Assembly (NCBI GenBank): GCA_965178125.1
Contig: OZ237761.1
Location: 62,001-126,000, forward strand
Source: Bilabrum cf. latius
Taxonomy: Eukaryota
Direction: 5' to 3'
DNA length: 64,000 nt
A model generated the notes under the pieces. That model did not search any database, was not told where the DNA came from, and saw only the letters and a program-made list of their open reading frames with translations. A program made the position numbers and the translations under genes. This document shows, in pieces, positions 22,685 to 35,740 of the stretch. Every line of letters starts with the position of its first letter. The first letter of the stretch is position 1.

Positions 22685-25355
22685 ATGGACCCGTGAGTAC
22701 TCAACAGCCTTCATGCTTGCAAGATCATACGGTCTATGATCGACTACGCCACCTTAAGACGCGCAAAACCGCAGACACGATAGGCAGATCGAAACCGCTG
22801 CAGCTGCAGCAGCGAGCGGGAACTCCTCTGAACTTAATGCGATTCTTTCCAGCAATCTCAATGCCGATGATAAACGGACGTTGATGAAAATTCAACACAA
22901 GGGGCACGTAAGTATGAACTTTGTCCAAGTCTCGTGACGGAACACCATAGGACCATTCTCAAGTGCAAGTCGGACCCACGGATGCGCCACAGCTTCACTG
23001 CCTGACACGCAGCACAACCTCACGTTATTGCAACTCGCTGTCAGTAGTCAAGTTACTGCTGCCGTGGAAGTTTTACTGAGGCATGGAGCTGCCGAGACGA
23101 TGCACCGCGCAGCGAGGCAGCTCGCCCTCTCGCCCCATCTGCGACCCAAGCGAGACATGGCCCTGTGCATGGCTGCAGCTGCTGGAGATGTCCCAATGCT
23201 GGACTTGCTTCTTGCAAATGGAGCTGATCCGAACCGGGCGAGCAGGGTGGTGAGCCGGGATCTGTATCGCACTTACGGACGCTTTGGCCTGCCTTTCCTG
23301 CTGCCTCTGAGACGAAGCTGTAGCTATTTTTGTGGTGCATCTCCCTCAATTATTGCAGGCAACCCTTCAGTACCCGTTGCTGCTGGCTGTCGCATCCGGC
23401 AGTACGGAGGCATGCCGCGTGCTGGCGCTCGCGGGGGCAGACCCCAACTGCCGAGACTTTGTGAGCTAGCAAGCGCCTCGCATGAGCAAGCGCATTGCAG
23501 TACAGTGCTAATCAGGTGTACATAATAACGATAGTGATGGGCACACTTTATATCGGCCTTCGCCAGATGCATGCCATGCTAGATCTACTCACCGCAGGGA
23601 GGCCGCACACCTCTTGTGTTGGCAGCCCAGGCACGTAGGCCGGACATTTGCATGGCACTCATCCGGTGGGGTGCGGACTGCAACGCGAAGACCACCAACG
23701 TGAGAGCGTAGCTGTCATGCTCTGTTGGCTCGATTCCGCACCAAGGTCGGCGGGAGGCCCCCGATCGGTCAAGTCGGGGATTTGGCAACAGGGATTACGC
23801 TGGCTGGATCCGTTCCCAAGGTTGCACCCGTTAAGACTACGATGTGATGCCGTCACAAATTTCAGCACTGCTTGCTTGTGTATCACCGCAGATGGGGGAC
23901 ACTGCGCTCTTTGTAGCAGTCAGGACGGGTGGATTCGCCGTGTGCCGCATGCTGCTAGAGCACGGGGCAGACCCAAACTTAGTGAACAACGCGGAGAAAA
24001 CACCCCTTTTTCACGCGACCGCAATGGGCTACTATGACATTGCCTCCCTGCTGATCCGGAGCGGCGTGGATCCCACCCATCCTGGTTCCCATGGGAAAAC
24101 CAGCGGGGTATCGCCATGCGACGCGCCGCTCGTGCGAGCCGCCATGGCGCGGAGTCCATTGATATGCCTGCAGCTGCTGGCGGCAGGGGCCCCCCACCCG
24201 GCGCGCGGCGAATTGAACGACCCAGTCCTTGAGGCCGTGCGGACTGGTGCCGTTCAACCGGGGAAGAAATATATCCCGCGGGCAAACGCCCACTTGAGGA
24301 AGAGCCCACTGGACAAGTTGCTTGCAACTATAGGGTGCGGCAATTGGATTCTGCACGCTGTGCTCCGTTCCAATGAGGCACTCAATGCCATCGCTGACGG
24401 CTCCGTGCTGGGAGACATACCTGCAGCCTACCGGGTTGTGGTACCCTGCCCTCCCGGGGAGGCCAGTGCAGTGACCGCAAGGCGTCGGCTGGTGTACGGC
24501 ACTCTCAAGCAGCAGGGGGTGGGCAGGGGCAGCAGGGACTACATGGAGATCAAGGCGTGGGACCCGGACGACAGGAGCTGGCCCTTGGCCCGTTGGAGGC
24601 ACGCGGTGCAGTCCAGGCGGGATGTGACGATTGCTTTCCATGCGGCGAGCGAGGGCAGGCCGCTGGAGCTGGCAAAGCGCCTGAGGGTGGGCAAACTGGC
24701 GGGCGCACTGAGGCACAGGGGCGTGGTCTGGAACGCGAAGGAGCTAGGCCCGGTGACGGCGCTGGAGGCCGCTTGGCTGGGGGAGCACTGGGGGTGCGTG
24801 CGCGTGCTGGCCGAGACTGCCGCCTGTGACGAGTGCACCGGGCGATCCTCCACTGGTCTGGACCGGCTGGTGTAGGAGTGTCGCTGCGAATGCCGTGTGA
24901 CGAGTGACGATGGCGATGGGCAAGGTGCATCGGCTGGTGGAGCTCCCCTCGGGCAGTTGGTGAGGCGAGGCGCCGAGGAGTGCAGAGCCGCTGTTTCGTT
25001 GGCCGTGAGCAACGGTGCCGTGTCGATGCAGTATGCCAGTCGGGACGGAGGAGGTGGTCTTGCAGCCGAGCGAGGGGCGGCGTGGGTGGGCACGAGGACC
25101 GAGTGGGACTGGGCGGGGATCGGGCTCCCCCCCGCTGCTCCCGAGGGCATGTCTCCCGGTGTGGCAGCCCTGTGGCCCGTGTACGCGCGCGCTGGTCTGC
25201 TGGAGGACGAGGCAAGGAGGGCAGCTGCATCGAGGGAAGCGAAGGGGGTGGAGGGTGCGGTGGATCGGCTGGGGGCAGGCGCAGGCGTAGGTGCCGGTGG
25301 TTCCGTGGCATCGAAACAGGCTGATGGCTGCGGCCCCTCGTGCTTGATTTCGTGA
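22685..25355 (+). CDS. Multi-exon ankyrin-repeat protein (internal exon boundaries only partly resolved); at least 1 TAG
   Basis: Ankyrin repeats LLLANGADPN, GDTALFVA..LLEHGADPN and KTPLFHA. GT-AG introns near 22693-22774 and 22908-23012. TAG at 24873 joins ORFs 23844-24875 and 24897-25355. Ends TGA. Confidence 0.7.
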
Positions 25356-25726
25356 GAAAACAAACGGATCTCCCGACTGTGAGGACACTGCATGGTGCGG
25401 CTCTAGTTCAGGATTGGATAAGATCTGGATGGATCCGAGTTGCAGTGGATCTGCACGGAGCAGCCCTACGTACTATAGCATGACTGAGGCTGACCAACAT
25501 TGAAACATTAGATAGTGTCAAATTTGCTACGTGTCGTTTTGTCTGCTCCATTTTCGTCCGCTACGACCGAATCGAAAGTGGACCGACAATGCCTGGAGTT
25601 GAATTGCCATGCCCAAGCCAGCATCCTGCTCGTCTCGATTTACAGCGGTCTGGATTTCTCACCAAATTTATGAGTCGATGCAGTTTTCGAACTCTTGTAG
25701 ATGTTTTGCTTTCTTGCTGCCCACAA

Positions 25727-26389
25727 TCACTCCTCCTTGCTATCCTCGCTAGCAACAACACCCTAGGCAACAGCTGGTTTGCCAACTGCTGCAGTTGCAC
25801 TTCCGTCCTCACCATCGGCCCCAAGCTGCTCGCGGAATGGACCCAAGCCGGATTTTCTCTCACTTAATACTGCAATGGTGTCACGAAGCACTTCATCGTC
25901 GCTTCTAGTATCTTTCTAGGTTGAATTGTCTGCATCTAGCGGACCTGTCTCGGTTGCAGGATCCATCTTTGAGTCTTTCGTGATAGCAGAGCCTTTAATT
26001 TCTTTCTCCCAGTTCTACCCATCAAAATCGACGATTGAGCTAGGTTCGAATGTTCCGCGGTCAAGGCACAGGTATGTTATCGCTACCCCGTCAGGGTTGG
26101 AACGCGGGATATAGAACGACACGACCCCGCATCGGTTGCAGAACAAGTGCTTGGCGACGCCGGTGTTGAATCTATATAATGCAATATGATCCATGCCGGT
26201 CAGCAATTCGAACATTTGCTGCGGCACAACGAAGTGTACATTGCCCCGCATCGCGCAGACTGAGCAATTGCACCGGTATACGGCTTGACTTGGTACTCCA
26301 GCTAGCTGGAACCGAACAGCCCCACAGTGACAACCTCCTTTATGCAAAACCAGACGCTTCACGGATTCATGAGAGGCTACCGAGCTCAT
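25727..26389 (-). CDS. GFA / CENP-V family zinc-binding protein; 3 TAG
   Basis: Motifs HKGGCHCGAVRF, CNCSVC, HLFCNRCG, FYIPRSNPDG and FDG*NWE (TAG at 26015). Further TAGs at 25916 and 25763. Ends TGA. Confidence 0.88.
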
Positions 26390-26929
26390 TTCCGATCGTA
26401 ATGTCCGGAACAATTATGACTCCGGATTCTCTATGCATTGTAACGTGTAAGTAACATACGAAACCAGACGGACGCGTCGAACGATGATACGACTCCACAT
26501 CCGCAACATGCAGGGCCGTGCGCGCCCTTTGCTGCAAAATGATGTTCTTGCAGATGGAGGGGGCAACTCGAACGGCGATCCCCCAAGCAAGTCTGAGTGA
26601 GGTGGAGAGTCGCAGCGCTTGCACTTGCGTGCGACCCAAAACATCCCTGATGTTTACTGACAATGTACTTGTGAATGTATGCCCTGGTCCAGACCATGGT
26701 TCACATAGATTTACGCGTATGTCTAGTTTGTCCCTGGCGACTTTATCGCGCGGCTGAGCGGCACAGGCGATAGTACTTCACTGTGCAAGCGACGAGTTAT
26801 GCGGCTGTAGCACAATTGGTCCAGACTATGGAGCTTGTCCCCATTAAAAGGCCATGATACGAGTAGTAGCAGAGTGCCGCTAGGAGCTTGCCCCAATCTC
26901 TCTGTCCTTGTTCGGTCCCGCATCGCAGC

Positions 26930-29878
26930 AGCGCTTGGATGTGGCTACAGCACTACGTCCCAATCCTGCGGTGGCTCCCATACTACTAGCCAGGGCTTCA
27001 AGTAGGCAGAGACGTCGTGGCAGGTCTCACCGTAGGCGTGATGGCCGTCCCTTAGGCCCTTTCCTACGCGGGCGTGGCCGGCCTGTCCCCCCAGTTTGGC
27101 CTGTACAATGCCTTTGTGGGCCTGCTGCCCTACTTTGCGTTCGGCACCTCGCCGCAGCTCATCTCGGGCCCGACCGCCGTGATGAGCATCATGACCCGCT
27201 CCTAGGTGCCCGACACGTACACCCCCGAGACGCTGGACTACGAGAAGATCTGCTTCATCCTTGCCCTGTTCGCTGGCATCATCCAGATCCTGCTGGGCGT
27301 GCTGCGCATGGGGCAGCTGATCAACCTCATCGGAGCCCCCATCATCGTGGGATTCACCACTGCCAGCGCATTCCTAATCGCAGCGACTCAGTTCTCCAAT
27401 TTCCTGGGCGTGCCCAAGTGCCAGCACTTCATCGAGAAACCCAACCCCAACCCGAGCGTCAACGGCACCATGGCAGCAGGTGGGCCCGAGATCAAGGTCA
27501 AGGTGAAGTGCAATTTCATCGAGGAGGTCTCATGGGTGGCTTCCAAGGGCCTCACCAAGCACTCGGAGATCAAGGGGTACGTCGTGCTGGCCTCGGCTAT
27601 CTGCGTGTCGGTGCTGCTCTTCTTCAAGTACTTCCTCAAGCCTAGGCTGCCGCAGCATCTCAAGCCGCTAGGCAACTTGGGCCCCCTGCTGCTGGTGGTG
27701 GTGACCATCCCCATCTGGTACGTGCACGGAGAGGCCCTGGAGAAGGTCGGGCTCAAGATGGCCGGCAAGATACCCGACCACCTGCCGAACCACGTCAACC
27801 CATTCGAGGGCATGCACGCGCACGAGGTGACCCAGCTCATCGGACACGCGGTGGTCATCGCGGCCGTGGGCTACATGGAGTCCATGACCATCGCGACCAC
27901 CGTGGCACGCAAGTACGGCGGGTACAAGATCGACCCCTCGCAGGAGATGACCGCGCTGGGAGTCTGCAACATCGTGTGCAGCCAGTTCCAGGGATACCCG
28001 GTGACGGGCTCGTTCTCTCGGACCGCAGTGAACGCCGATTCCGGGGCCTCCAGCGGATTTGCTTCGGTGATCTGCGCGGTGGTGGTGGGGGTTGCCATCC
28101 TGACGTTGACGTCTCTCCTGCAGTACCTTCCCAAGGTGGTGCTTGCCAGCATCATCATGGTGTCTGTGATCAACCTGATCGAGTTCGGGGAGGCGGCCAT
28201 CTTCTACCGCACCACGTGGCCGGATTTCATCGTGTTCCTGGTCGTGTTCGTGCTGGTCCTGACCATCGGGGTGGAGGACGGCCTCATCATCGGCATTCTG
28301 GTGCAGTGGGTGCTCTCCTTGACCTCGACTCACTGGGCTGCCTCTCCCGTTGCCGTCCTAGGGCAGGTCAAGGACAATGCCATCCTGCCGCCGGGAGGGG
28401 CAGGTGTCCCTACGGAGGAAGAGGAGGAGCAGGCCATGGCTGAGGTGGGTGGCGGTGCGGGCGGTGGCAAGGAGGACGGGTCTGGAAGCAGCGTCTTGTC
28501 GGGTGGCGTGTCCACCCCTGGAGCAGTCAAGCACGCCTCGTCCATCGTGCACAGCGCCTCCGTGCGGCTGTCCTCCAGGCGGAGGCTAGCGGGCGAGAGC
28601 GGGCCCATGGCGGAGGGTCTAGACCCCGAGGTGGGGCCCGTGGACCCGCATCAGGACGCAGCCGTGCTCGAGCCCTTGTACCCTGGGAGACACCTGGTGG
28701 ATCTCGCGGACGCCCGGTTTGCCCACCTGATGAGGGCGGGGGCGGCCGGGGCCGTGGGTGGGCTGGACGGCGCCTCCCGCGGGACCGTAGTGGTGGTGGA
28801 GGTGCAGTCTCCGATCATTTTCGCCAACGCCGAGAAGCTGCGGCAGACGCTGGACGAGTGCATCTCGGTGTTTCAGCCGAGGGTCGTTGTTCTCTCGTGC
28901 ATCGGGGTGACCGCCGTGGACTCGACTGGGACCGGCGCGCTGAGGTCCGCTGTGCTGGACGCGAGGGCGAGGAAGGTCCTTGTGTTCCTCACGGGGATGG
29001 CGCCGGCCCTCGCCCGCACCCTGACCTCGGGGCTGACAGCGCTGGACGAAGGCCACGGGGCGCCGCCCGTGCCGCTGGATGACGAGATAGAGAAGCAGAT
29101 GGAGGAGGCCATGGTGGGCGCCGGCGACAGCGGCCCCGGCAGTGACCAGGGCAAGAGCTTGGGGATCCGCTAGCAGCTATCCGTTGAGCTGAGGCAGAGC
29201 CCGGTGGGGAGTGGGCCCCAGTACGGTGTGACGAGCAGCATCAACAGCCCTTCCTCCGGAGCGGGGGGCATGACGGGCGGCGGCATGGTTGGGTCGTCGA
29301 TGGAGGACGCGCAGGAGGGGGTGAGGCGCGCGTGCAGGCGGGTGCTGGGGGCGTGGCGGCGGTGCTCGGAGAGCGGCGTCCCTGTGGGCGGCGGGCTGCT
29401 GATGTTCTGGAGGGCGCGGGTGGCGGTGAGGCACGGGCTGCGGCTGGCGGCTGCACTGGACCTGTTGTCCGAGGCGGAGGAGGCCGCCGCCAGAGTGGGT
29501 GGTGCTGGCGGCGGCAATGGCAAGAAGGGCAAGGGCACTAGTTAGGACGAGCAGGCTCAGAAGAAAAAGGACCAGGAGCGCGCGGCACTGGGGCTGGGCG
29601 AGGGTGGCATGGGCGTGCCGCTGTCCCCCGTCGTGCTCGCGGCCCGGAAGCAAGCCGCAGCCGACCGTCTCAAGGCGGCGCAGGAGGCGCTCGCCGTGGG
29701 GCAGCACGACACTCCCTCGGATGGGTCCACGCTCGTGTCACTCGTGTACGCTCGCAGGGCGCCGGACTTGCGCAAGTGGGTGGGTGTGGATCCCGAGGTG
29801 CTGGACGGGGATGATACGCACCACGACGTGCATCTCAAGATCGCGGCCAGGACCAAGTCCACTGGCACAGGGACCTGA
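26930..29878 (+). CDS. SulP/SLC26 sulfate-anion transporter with STAS domain (5' exon not resolved); 5 TAG
   Basis: Motifs PILRWLPYY*, DVVAGLTVGVMAVP*ALSYAGVAGL, GPTAVMSI, GSFSRTAVN and STAS VDSTG. TAGs at 26987, 27053, 27203, 29171, 29543. Ends TGA. Confidence 0.88.
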
Positions 29879-30039
29879 TGAGAGAGCCGCAGGGCCAGCG
29901 TGCGAGTGTGCTCCTCAGCACGAGCAGTTGTTATTTTGGTCTATCTTTTTGGCCAGACTATGCGCCAACGATGGGTCACTTGTGCAGTCCACGAGATATG
30001 TCCGATACAATGGTTCCAGTAAAGCCTGTGTTCCACTCA

Positions 30040-30509
30040 TTATGTGCTCGGGGCCGTGGGTGCCTTGTCGGCCTCGGCTGTCCCAGCCCCTGGCACCATC
30101 ATCGCAATGTTGTTTCCGTTCAGCAAGATCTCATCAAGTTCCACCTTTTCTCTTCCATCAGGCGTAGACACACTGCGAGCGATTTGTGGGAGAGACTCCA
30201 AGACTAGGTGTACACATAATGGCGTTCTAGGTGAGCGGCGGGATACCCATAGCATTCCTCACTACTCGGTGACGTTTTCCAATACCATGTTGACGTAGTC
30301 GTCAAAACCTTTCAATGTACCAACCACCTCCTTGTCTCCTTTCATCAGGACCCAAATCTGGGAGCCTACGCACTTGTCCATGAGCTCTGCGACATGTGGG
30401 AAGGCAACCATATGACTAAGAAGCAATTATTTCGCCGAATCAGGTGGTGATCACTTAATCTAAGATGAATTATCACACCTAGAGGAAGAAGACGAGCTAT
30501 CTTGGACAT
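30040..30509 (-). CDS. LSM5: U6 snRNA-associated Sm-like protein LSm5; exons 30479-30509, 30263-30386, 30040-30172
   Basis: Spliced translation [52 protein letters not shown]...[17 protein letters not shown]. Two GT-AG introns. Ends TAA. Confidence 0.93.
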
Positions 30510-30634
30510 TGCAAGCTAGTATTTGCCATTGCATAAAACTATCGAGTTGAAAGTAATGTGGGGTTTCGTGTGCAGAATCTGGTTTTTGGGATGTCGGGCA
30601 AGTGCAACCATTTCAATATAGAAACTTTACGATC

Positions 30635-31998
30635 ATGGCTGCCGCTGGAGAGTCTAAGGTTGATACTGGTGCTACCGGTGAAGCATCCAGCGGCTCAGGA
30701 TCGGTTGGAGGATTCCGCGTAAAGGCGGGATTGGCCCAGATGCTCAAGGGTTAGCAGTATCTTTGCCCCGAGACGCATCTCGGAGTAGAGACAGGCATCC
30801 ACGGGTGATTGAAGAGTCTCCATCAGCCAATCGCTCGGATTACATACTTTAATTCCTTTGAATCCTTTGTGAACCCCGCAGGTGGAGTGATTATGGGTGA
30901 GCAAATAAGAGCAGTGATGACATCATTGCAGACGTGGCGTTTGTACGCACGCTTGTTTGGAGGCCATGGCTGCGTAGCCGTGATACCTTCGTATTCGAGG
31001 GGCTTTAACGCGAGTCCTCCATATGGCGAAAAACGGTTTACGTCGCAGTTGTGCTCGCTAAAAGAGGAACTGGCGTACCGGCACGGCTCAACTTTTTGCG
31101 CCCTCTTTACAGATTTGTTTGCTGCCGCAATGTATCACGTTCAGCTGGATTCTGACCTAACTAAGCTTAATAAACACCTCCCGCAGACGTGACGACCCCC
31201 GAAGAGGCTGTGATCGCCGAGGAGGCCGGCGCCGTCGCCGTCATGGCGCTGGAGCGAGTGCCCTCTGACATCCGTCACGAGGGCGGCGTGGCCCGTATGA
31301 GCGACCCCGAGATGATCCTCGGGATCAAGAAGGCGGTGAGCATCCCCGTGATGGCCAAGGCCCGGATCGGGCACTTCGTGGAGGCGCAGATCCTTGAGGC
31401 CCTCGAAGTGGACTACATCGACGAGAGCGAGGTCCTGACCATGGCTGACGAGGAGAACCACATCGACAAGAACAACTTCAAGATCCCCTTCGTGTGCGGG
31501 TGCAGGAACCTTGGGGAGGCACTCAGGAGGCTGAGCGAGGGCGCTGCGATGCTCAGGACCAAGGGGGAGGCCGGGACTGGCAACATCGTCGAGGCGGTGC
31601 GGCACGCTCGGGCGGTCAACGGTGAGATCCGTAAGATCCGTGCCATGGACGAGGCGGAGTTGTTCTCCACCGCCAAGCACCTTGGCTGCAGCATCGAGCT
31701 CCTTAAGGAAGTGCGGAGGCTCGGCCGGCTGCCGGTCGTGAACTTTGCCGCCGGCGGTGTGGCCACCCCGGCTGACGCTGCCCTGATGATGCAGCTGGGC
31801 ATGGACGGCGTGTTTGTTGGCAGCGGTATCTTCAAGAGCGGGGATCCCAGGGCGCGCGGAAAGGCCATCGTGGAGGCGGTGACCCACTACCAGGACGCGA
31901 AGAAGTTGGCCGAGCTGTCCACGGGCATCGGCAAGCCAATGAGCGGGGATGGGGACATCAAGAAGAGTATGGTGGCGTTCCGGGAGAGGGGCCACTGA
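30635..31998 (+). CDS. PDX1: Pyridoxal 5'-phosphate synthase subunit PDX1/SNZ; exons 30635-30749, 30882-30896, 31187-31998
   Basis: [17 protein letters not shown] after splicing, [28 protein letters not shown] and [12 protein letters not shown]. Ends TGA. Confidence 0.95.
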
Positions 31999-32347
31999 GC
32001 TACGAGATGGGTGTGGTGATCAGCACGTTCTGTCGAAGGATGCTGACTGGCCCACGGCGAGTTGCCGGGTGGGACGCCGTCCTTCACACCGCTTGACTTC
32101 TTTCGGCCCCTGGCGCTGGTGCCATGGACCGATTGGACCAGATGTTGCAAAGGTTATTAATGACCGGTGATTGCATGGCTGCACAGGCTTGCATACGTCT
32201 TCTTTCTACATGGATGGGGCCAAGACGAATCCGAGGTGTGATAAATTATGTGACGAGTGCGCACTTGCTCATTCGGCAGCATCGTATTGTGCCACGTTCT
32301 GTGTTATCTACGCATTTCAGCCTTCCAGTTGCACATTCTGAGATATC

Positions 32348-33208
32348 ATGGCAGCATCTGCACCGGCTATGAGCAGGCGAATCATGAAAGTAAGCAGTAG
32401 CCGTACCTATGTGGGGGGCTATAGCGGTGCACACCAAGAACAGCTCGAAACTGCTACGATATTCCCTATTCGTGTCGCAGGAGACAGTTAAGCTGCAGAA
32501 GGATCCTGTGCCAGGGATTTCAGTTGCTGTGAGGTTGCTGATCCCATTGCACGCTTTGAATGTTGATCTTGGAAGCCAACATACTGCAGCCTCCACGCAT
32601 TTCGACAGCTTGCCCGCAGCCGTTCAAGGATAATCTTCGATACTTTACTGTGTCTATGGAAGGACCTAGTGACTCCCCGTATGAAGGTGGAGTGTTCAAG
32701 CTTGAGATGTAAGAAGCGGCGCGCTCTGCCTGCCCGAATTTGAAAGAGTTCACGTCATGTGTGGCATTTTTCTCCGATGCCTGCACCCGTTCCCATACAT
32801 TTCTTTCGAAGGTTTTTGCCCGGGGACTACCCGCTAAGTGCGCCAAAGGTTCGATTTCTGACGAAGATTTGGCACGTCAACATTGACGGGTGAGTTGCAC
32901 TTGAGCGACACTGACCGCTTGAAGACCACATCAACCGTGCGGATGCGACTGCGATACGAGTACTCGGTTTGTACGGGACTGCACCTCACCTCATCCGCAG
33001 GCTCGGTCGAATTTGTTTGGATTTGCTCAAGGACCGCTGGTCCCCAGCTCTCCAGATGAGGACGCTGCTCCTCTCAATCCAGTCCCTGCTCGCGGATGAA
33101 AACAACGACGACCCTTTGAACGAAGAAGCGGCGGCTCAGTATCGCAAGGACAAGTCGGCGTACCTGGCAAAGGCCAAGGAGTGGACCGCGAAGTTCGCAT
33201 CGTCCTGA
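32348..33208 (+). CDS. UBC13: Ubiquitin-conjugating enzyme E2, UBC13/UBE2N-like; 5 exons
   Basis: Spliced [97 protein letters not shown]. Ends TGA. Confidence 0.85.
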
Positions 33209-33364
33209 AGGTGCTTGGAATATAACGTGCAAAAACACGTATCATACCTTGAATAATCGGGATGTTTTTCGGTACAGCTTCAATCATTGAATGAAGCCCA
33301 CGCCTCGACCGGAGCGCCGCCCAAGTCCAGTCTCTGAGAAACCACGATAAGCCTGCAAGCCGTG

Positions 33365-35740
33365 TCATCTGCGGCCCTCGCCCTCGCCCTGCTCCTGCTT
33401 GGCCTCCTCGTCCAGCAGGGGAGAGGACTCGTAGTCCCACTCCTCCGCCTCGCTGATGTACGCCGTCTTGGGCATCGCAAACCCGTTGAAAGCCGTGCTG
33501 GCCGCCTTGGTGTAGGCTCCCGCAGAGTCGAACAGGAGAGCATCCCCGGTGGACAGCCCAGAGGGCAGAAGGATGTCAGAGGCGATGCAGTCGAACCCGT
33601 CGCACGTCGGTCCCCACAGAGACACGTGCTGCCGTTCTCCCCACTCGTCACTCGGGCAGTACCACGCCGGCACGCCGTTCGCTTCCATCCCTCCCTCCGA
33701 GCTGCCATCGGTCGAGGCACCACCACCCCCAGCCCGCTCCGAGGCCCACGTCGCGAGTGCCGCCGCCAGGGCGCTCTTGGTCGCGTCCGCGGCCTCCTCG
33801 GACCTCTGCAGCACCCGCGCCCGCCCCTCCTCCCCGCTCGACTCGGAGTCGGAATCAGAATCCCCCTCGCCCGGCCGCAGCACGCTGGCTGCCGCCGCCA
33901 GTGCCGCGCTCCCCGCCGCCGTGGCCTCCGATGCCAAGTCCTCGGGGAGGGGCAGCACGGGGGCAGCGGCCGCCGCCGCTCCCTGGAATGCCTCCAGGTC
34001 GCGGTCGCTGATCCCCTGCCCGGCCATGTCTTCCGTGGACACCGCAGGCATGAGGAACTTGGCCGAGGCGTCCATCTCGCTGCGGATGGGAGCTCGCTCG
34101 TCACCATCGCTATCCCCGTCATCATGACCCCCCTGCTGCTGCATGTACTCCACCTGGTCCTCCACAGCCTCAGCCACCTCAGTGCCGGGCAGCGCCGCGT
34201 CGGGCCCGTCGAACTCCCAGTGGGCCCCCTTGAGGCCCAGGGCATGGGCGGGGACGGCCGCAGGGGCCACGCACGCGTGGTCGTACAGCACGCTGTTGAG
34301 AGAGCCGTAGAGCCCGTCGGTGACGTACACCCTCGCGCGAGGGTCCCTCCCCGTCACCCCCGCCTCTCTGTACATGAGTGCATCCACGTCCCTCCTCCCC
34401 GCCACAGTGAGCATGAGCGTGTGGGAGGCCTCCACGAAGAACCGGCCGGGCTCCGCGAGCACCATCGGGGGCATGGCGTCGGAACCCCTGTTGTTCCCTG
34501 AGCCGCCGCTGTTCGCTCGCTTCTTGCCCCTGGGCCTGTCCCTGCCCAGCATGTCCGCCCACCTGCCGCCGTTGGCCGCCTGGTACTCAGGAAAGTACCG
34601 CCTGAGGTAGTGCCTAAGAGCCCGCGCGATCTCGCGGAAGGTGTCTCCGCCGGCGTACGGGCCCATCCGCGGGTCACCCTGCAGCAAGGACATGGGCAAG
34701 CCGTCCTCGTCCTCGTCGCCGTGCTGTCCCTGATCGGACCCCCCCAGCAGCCCGGAAGTCATCTCCGACAGCGCAGCCTCCCTAGCGGCCTGCGAGACGG
34801 CAGACGCCACCGAGTGACCGAGGATGCCCCCGCCCCCGTCCATGGACCCGGGCGACCCAACCCCCACCGGGCCCACCAATCCACCGGTGGACCCGGCCCC
34901 GAGCCCGTGCTCCCCCGCCGCCGCCGCCGCTCCCACGTACACGCCCGGGTCCTCCCTGCTCAGCTCGCGCTCCCTGTCTCCCGCTCCCGTGATGGTCCCG
35001 TGCAGAGACCCCGGGAATCCACCCCCGATGTCAAGCACCTCCATGGGCCGGCCCATGGAGGCCGCCGCATCAAAGGCGAGGCGCGCCCTGCGCAGGGCAT
35101 CGCCGTAGGTGGCTGCGTCATAGCACCCGCTCCCCACGTGGAACGAGATGCCCACGACATCCAGGCCGAGCGCGGCTGCGGTGCGCAGGAGACCAGGGAC
35201 CGCGGCCTCGTCCGCCCCGAATTTCTCGCTGAATCGGCACACCGACTTGCGGTCGTCGGTGGCGATGCGCAGCAGGAGCTTCATGCCCGGCGCGATGCGG
35301 GCCAATTTCTCCAATTCGCTTGCGTTGTCAAACACGGTGAGGCGCACGCCCATCCGGCGCGCCGACCTGACGTGGGCGACGTGCTTGACGGGGTTGGCGT
35401 ACACGATCCGGTCGGCGGCGCGCGTGCCGTCCTGGGACACCTCAGGGGCCGTTTCGAGCACCTGACGCATCTCGGCGGCGCTGGCGCAGTCGAAAGAGAT
35501 TCCTTCTTGGGCGAGGACCCTGATCACCTCCGGGTCATTGTTGCACTTGACGGCGTAAAACGGCTCTATGCTGGGCATGAGCTCACGCCAGCGGCTGACC
35601 TGGTGCTTCACGATTCGAAGGTCGCACAGGAACAGAGGCGAGCCGTCCGCAGTTGCCCGTGCAGCTTGCAGCAGAGCGCGGGAAGCCGTCTAGGAGCGCG
35701 CGAGGCGCACGCGAGGAAGGGTCTTGCCAACACCGAGCAT
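33365..35740 (-). CDS. ODC1: Ornithine decarboxylase (PLP-dependent, fold type III) with long low-complexity insertions; 1 TAG
   Basis: Motifs PFYAVKCN, FDCAS, KFGA, SFHVGSG, DIGGGFP, EPGRFF, WGPTCDGFD and GAYT. ATG at 35740 is in frame through TAG at 35690. Ends TGA. Confidence 0.88.

Noticed and set aside
30258-30266. Apparent TAG-TGA in LSM5
   Set aside because: It is a splice junction (TA|GTGAG), not a pair of codons.
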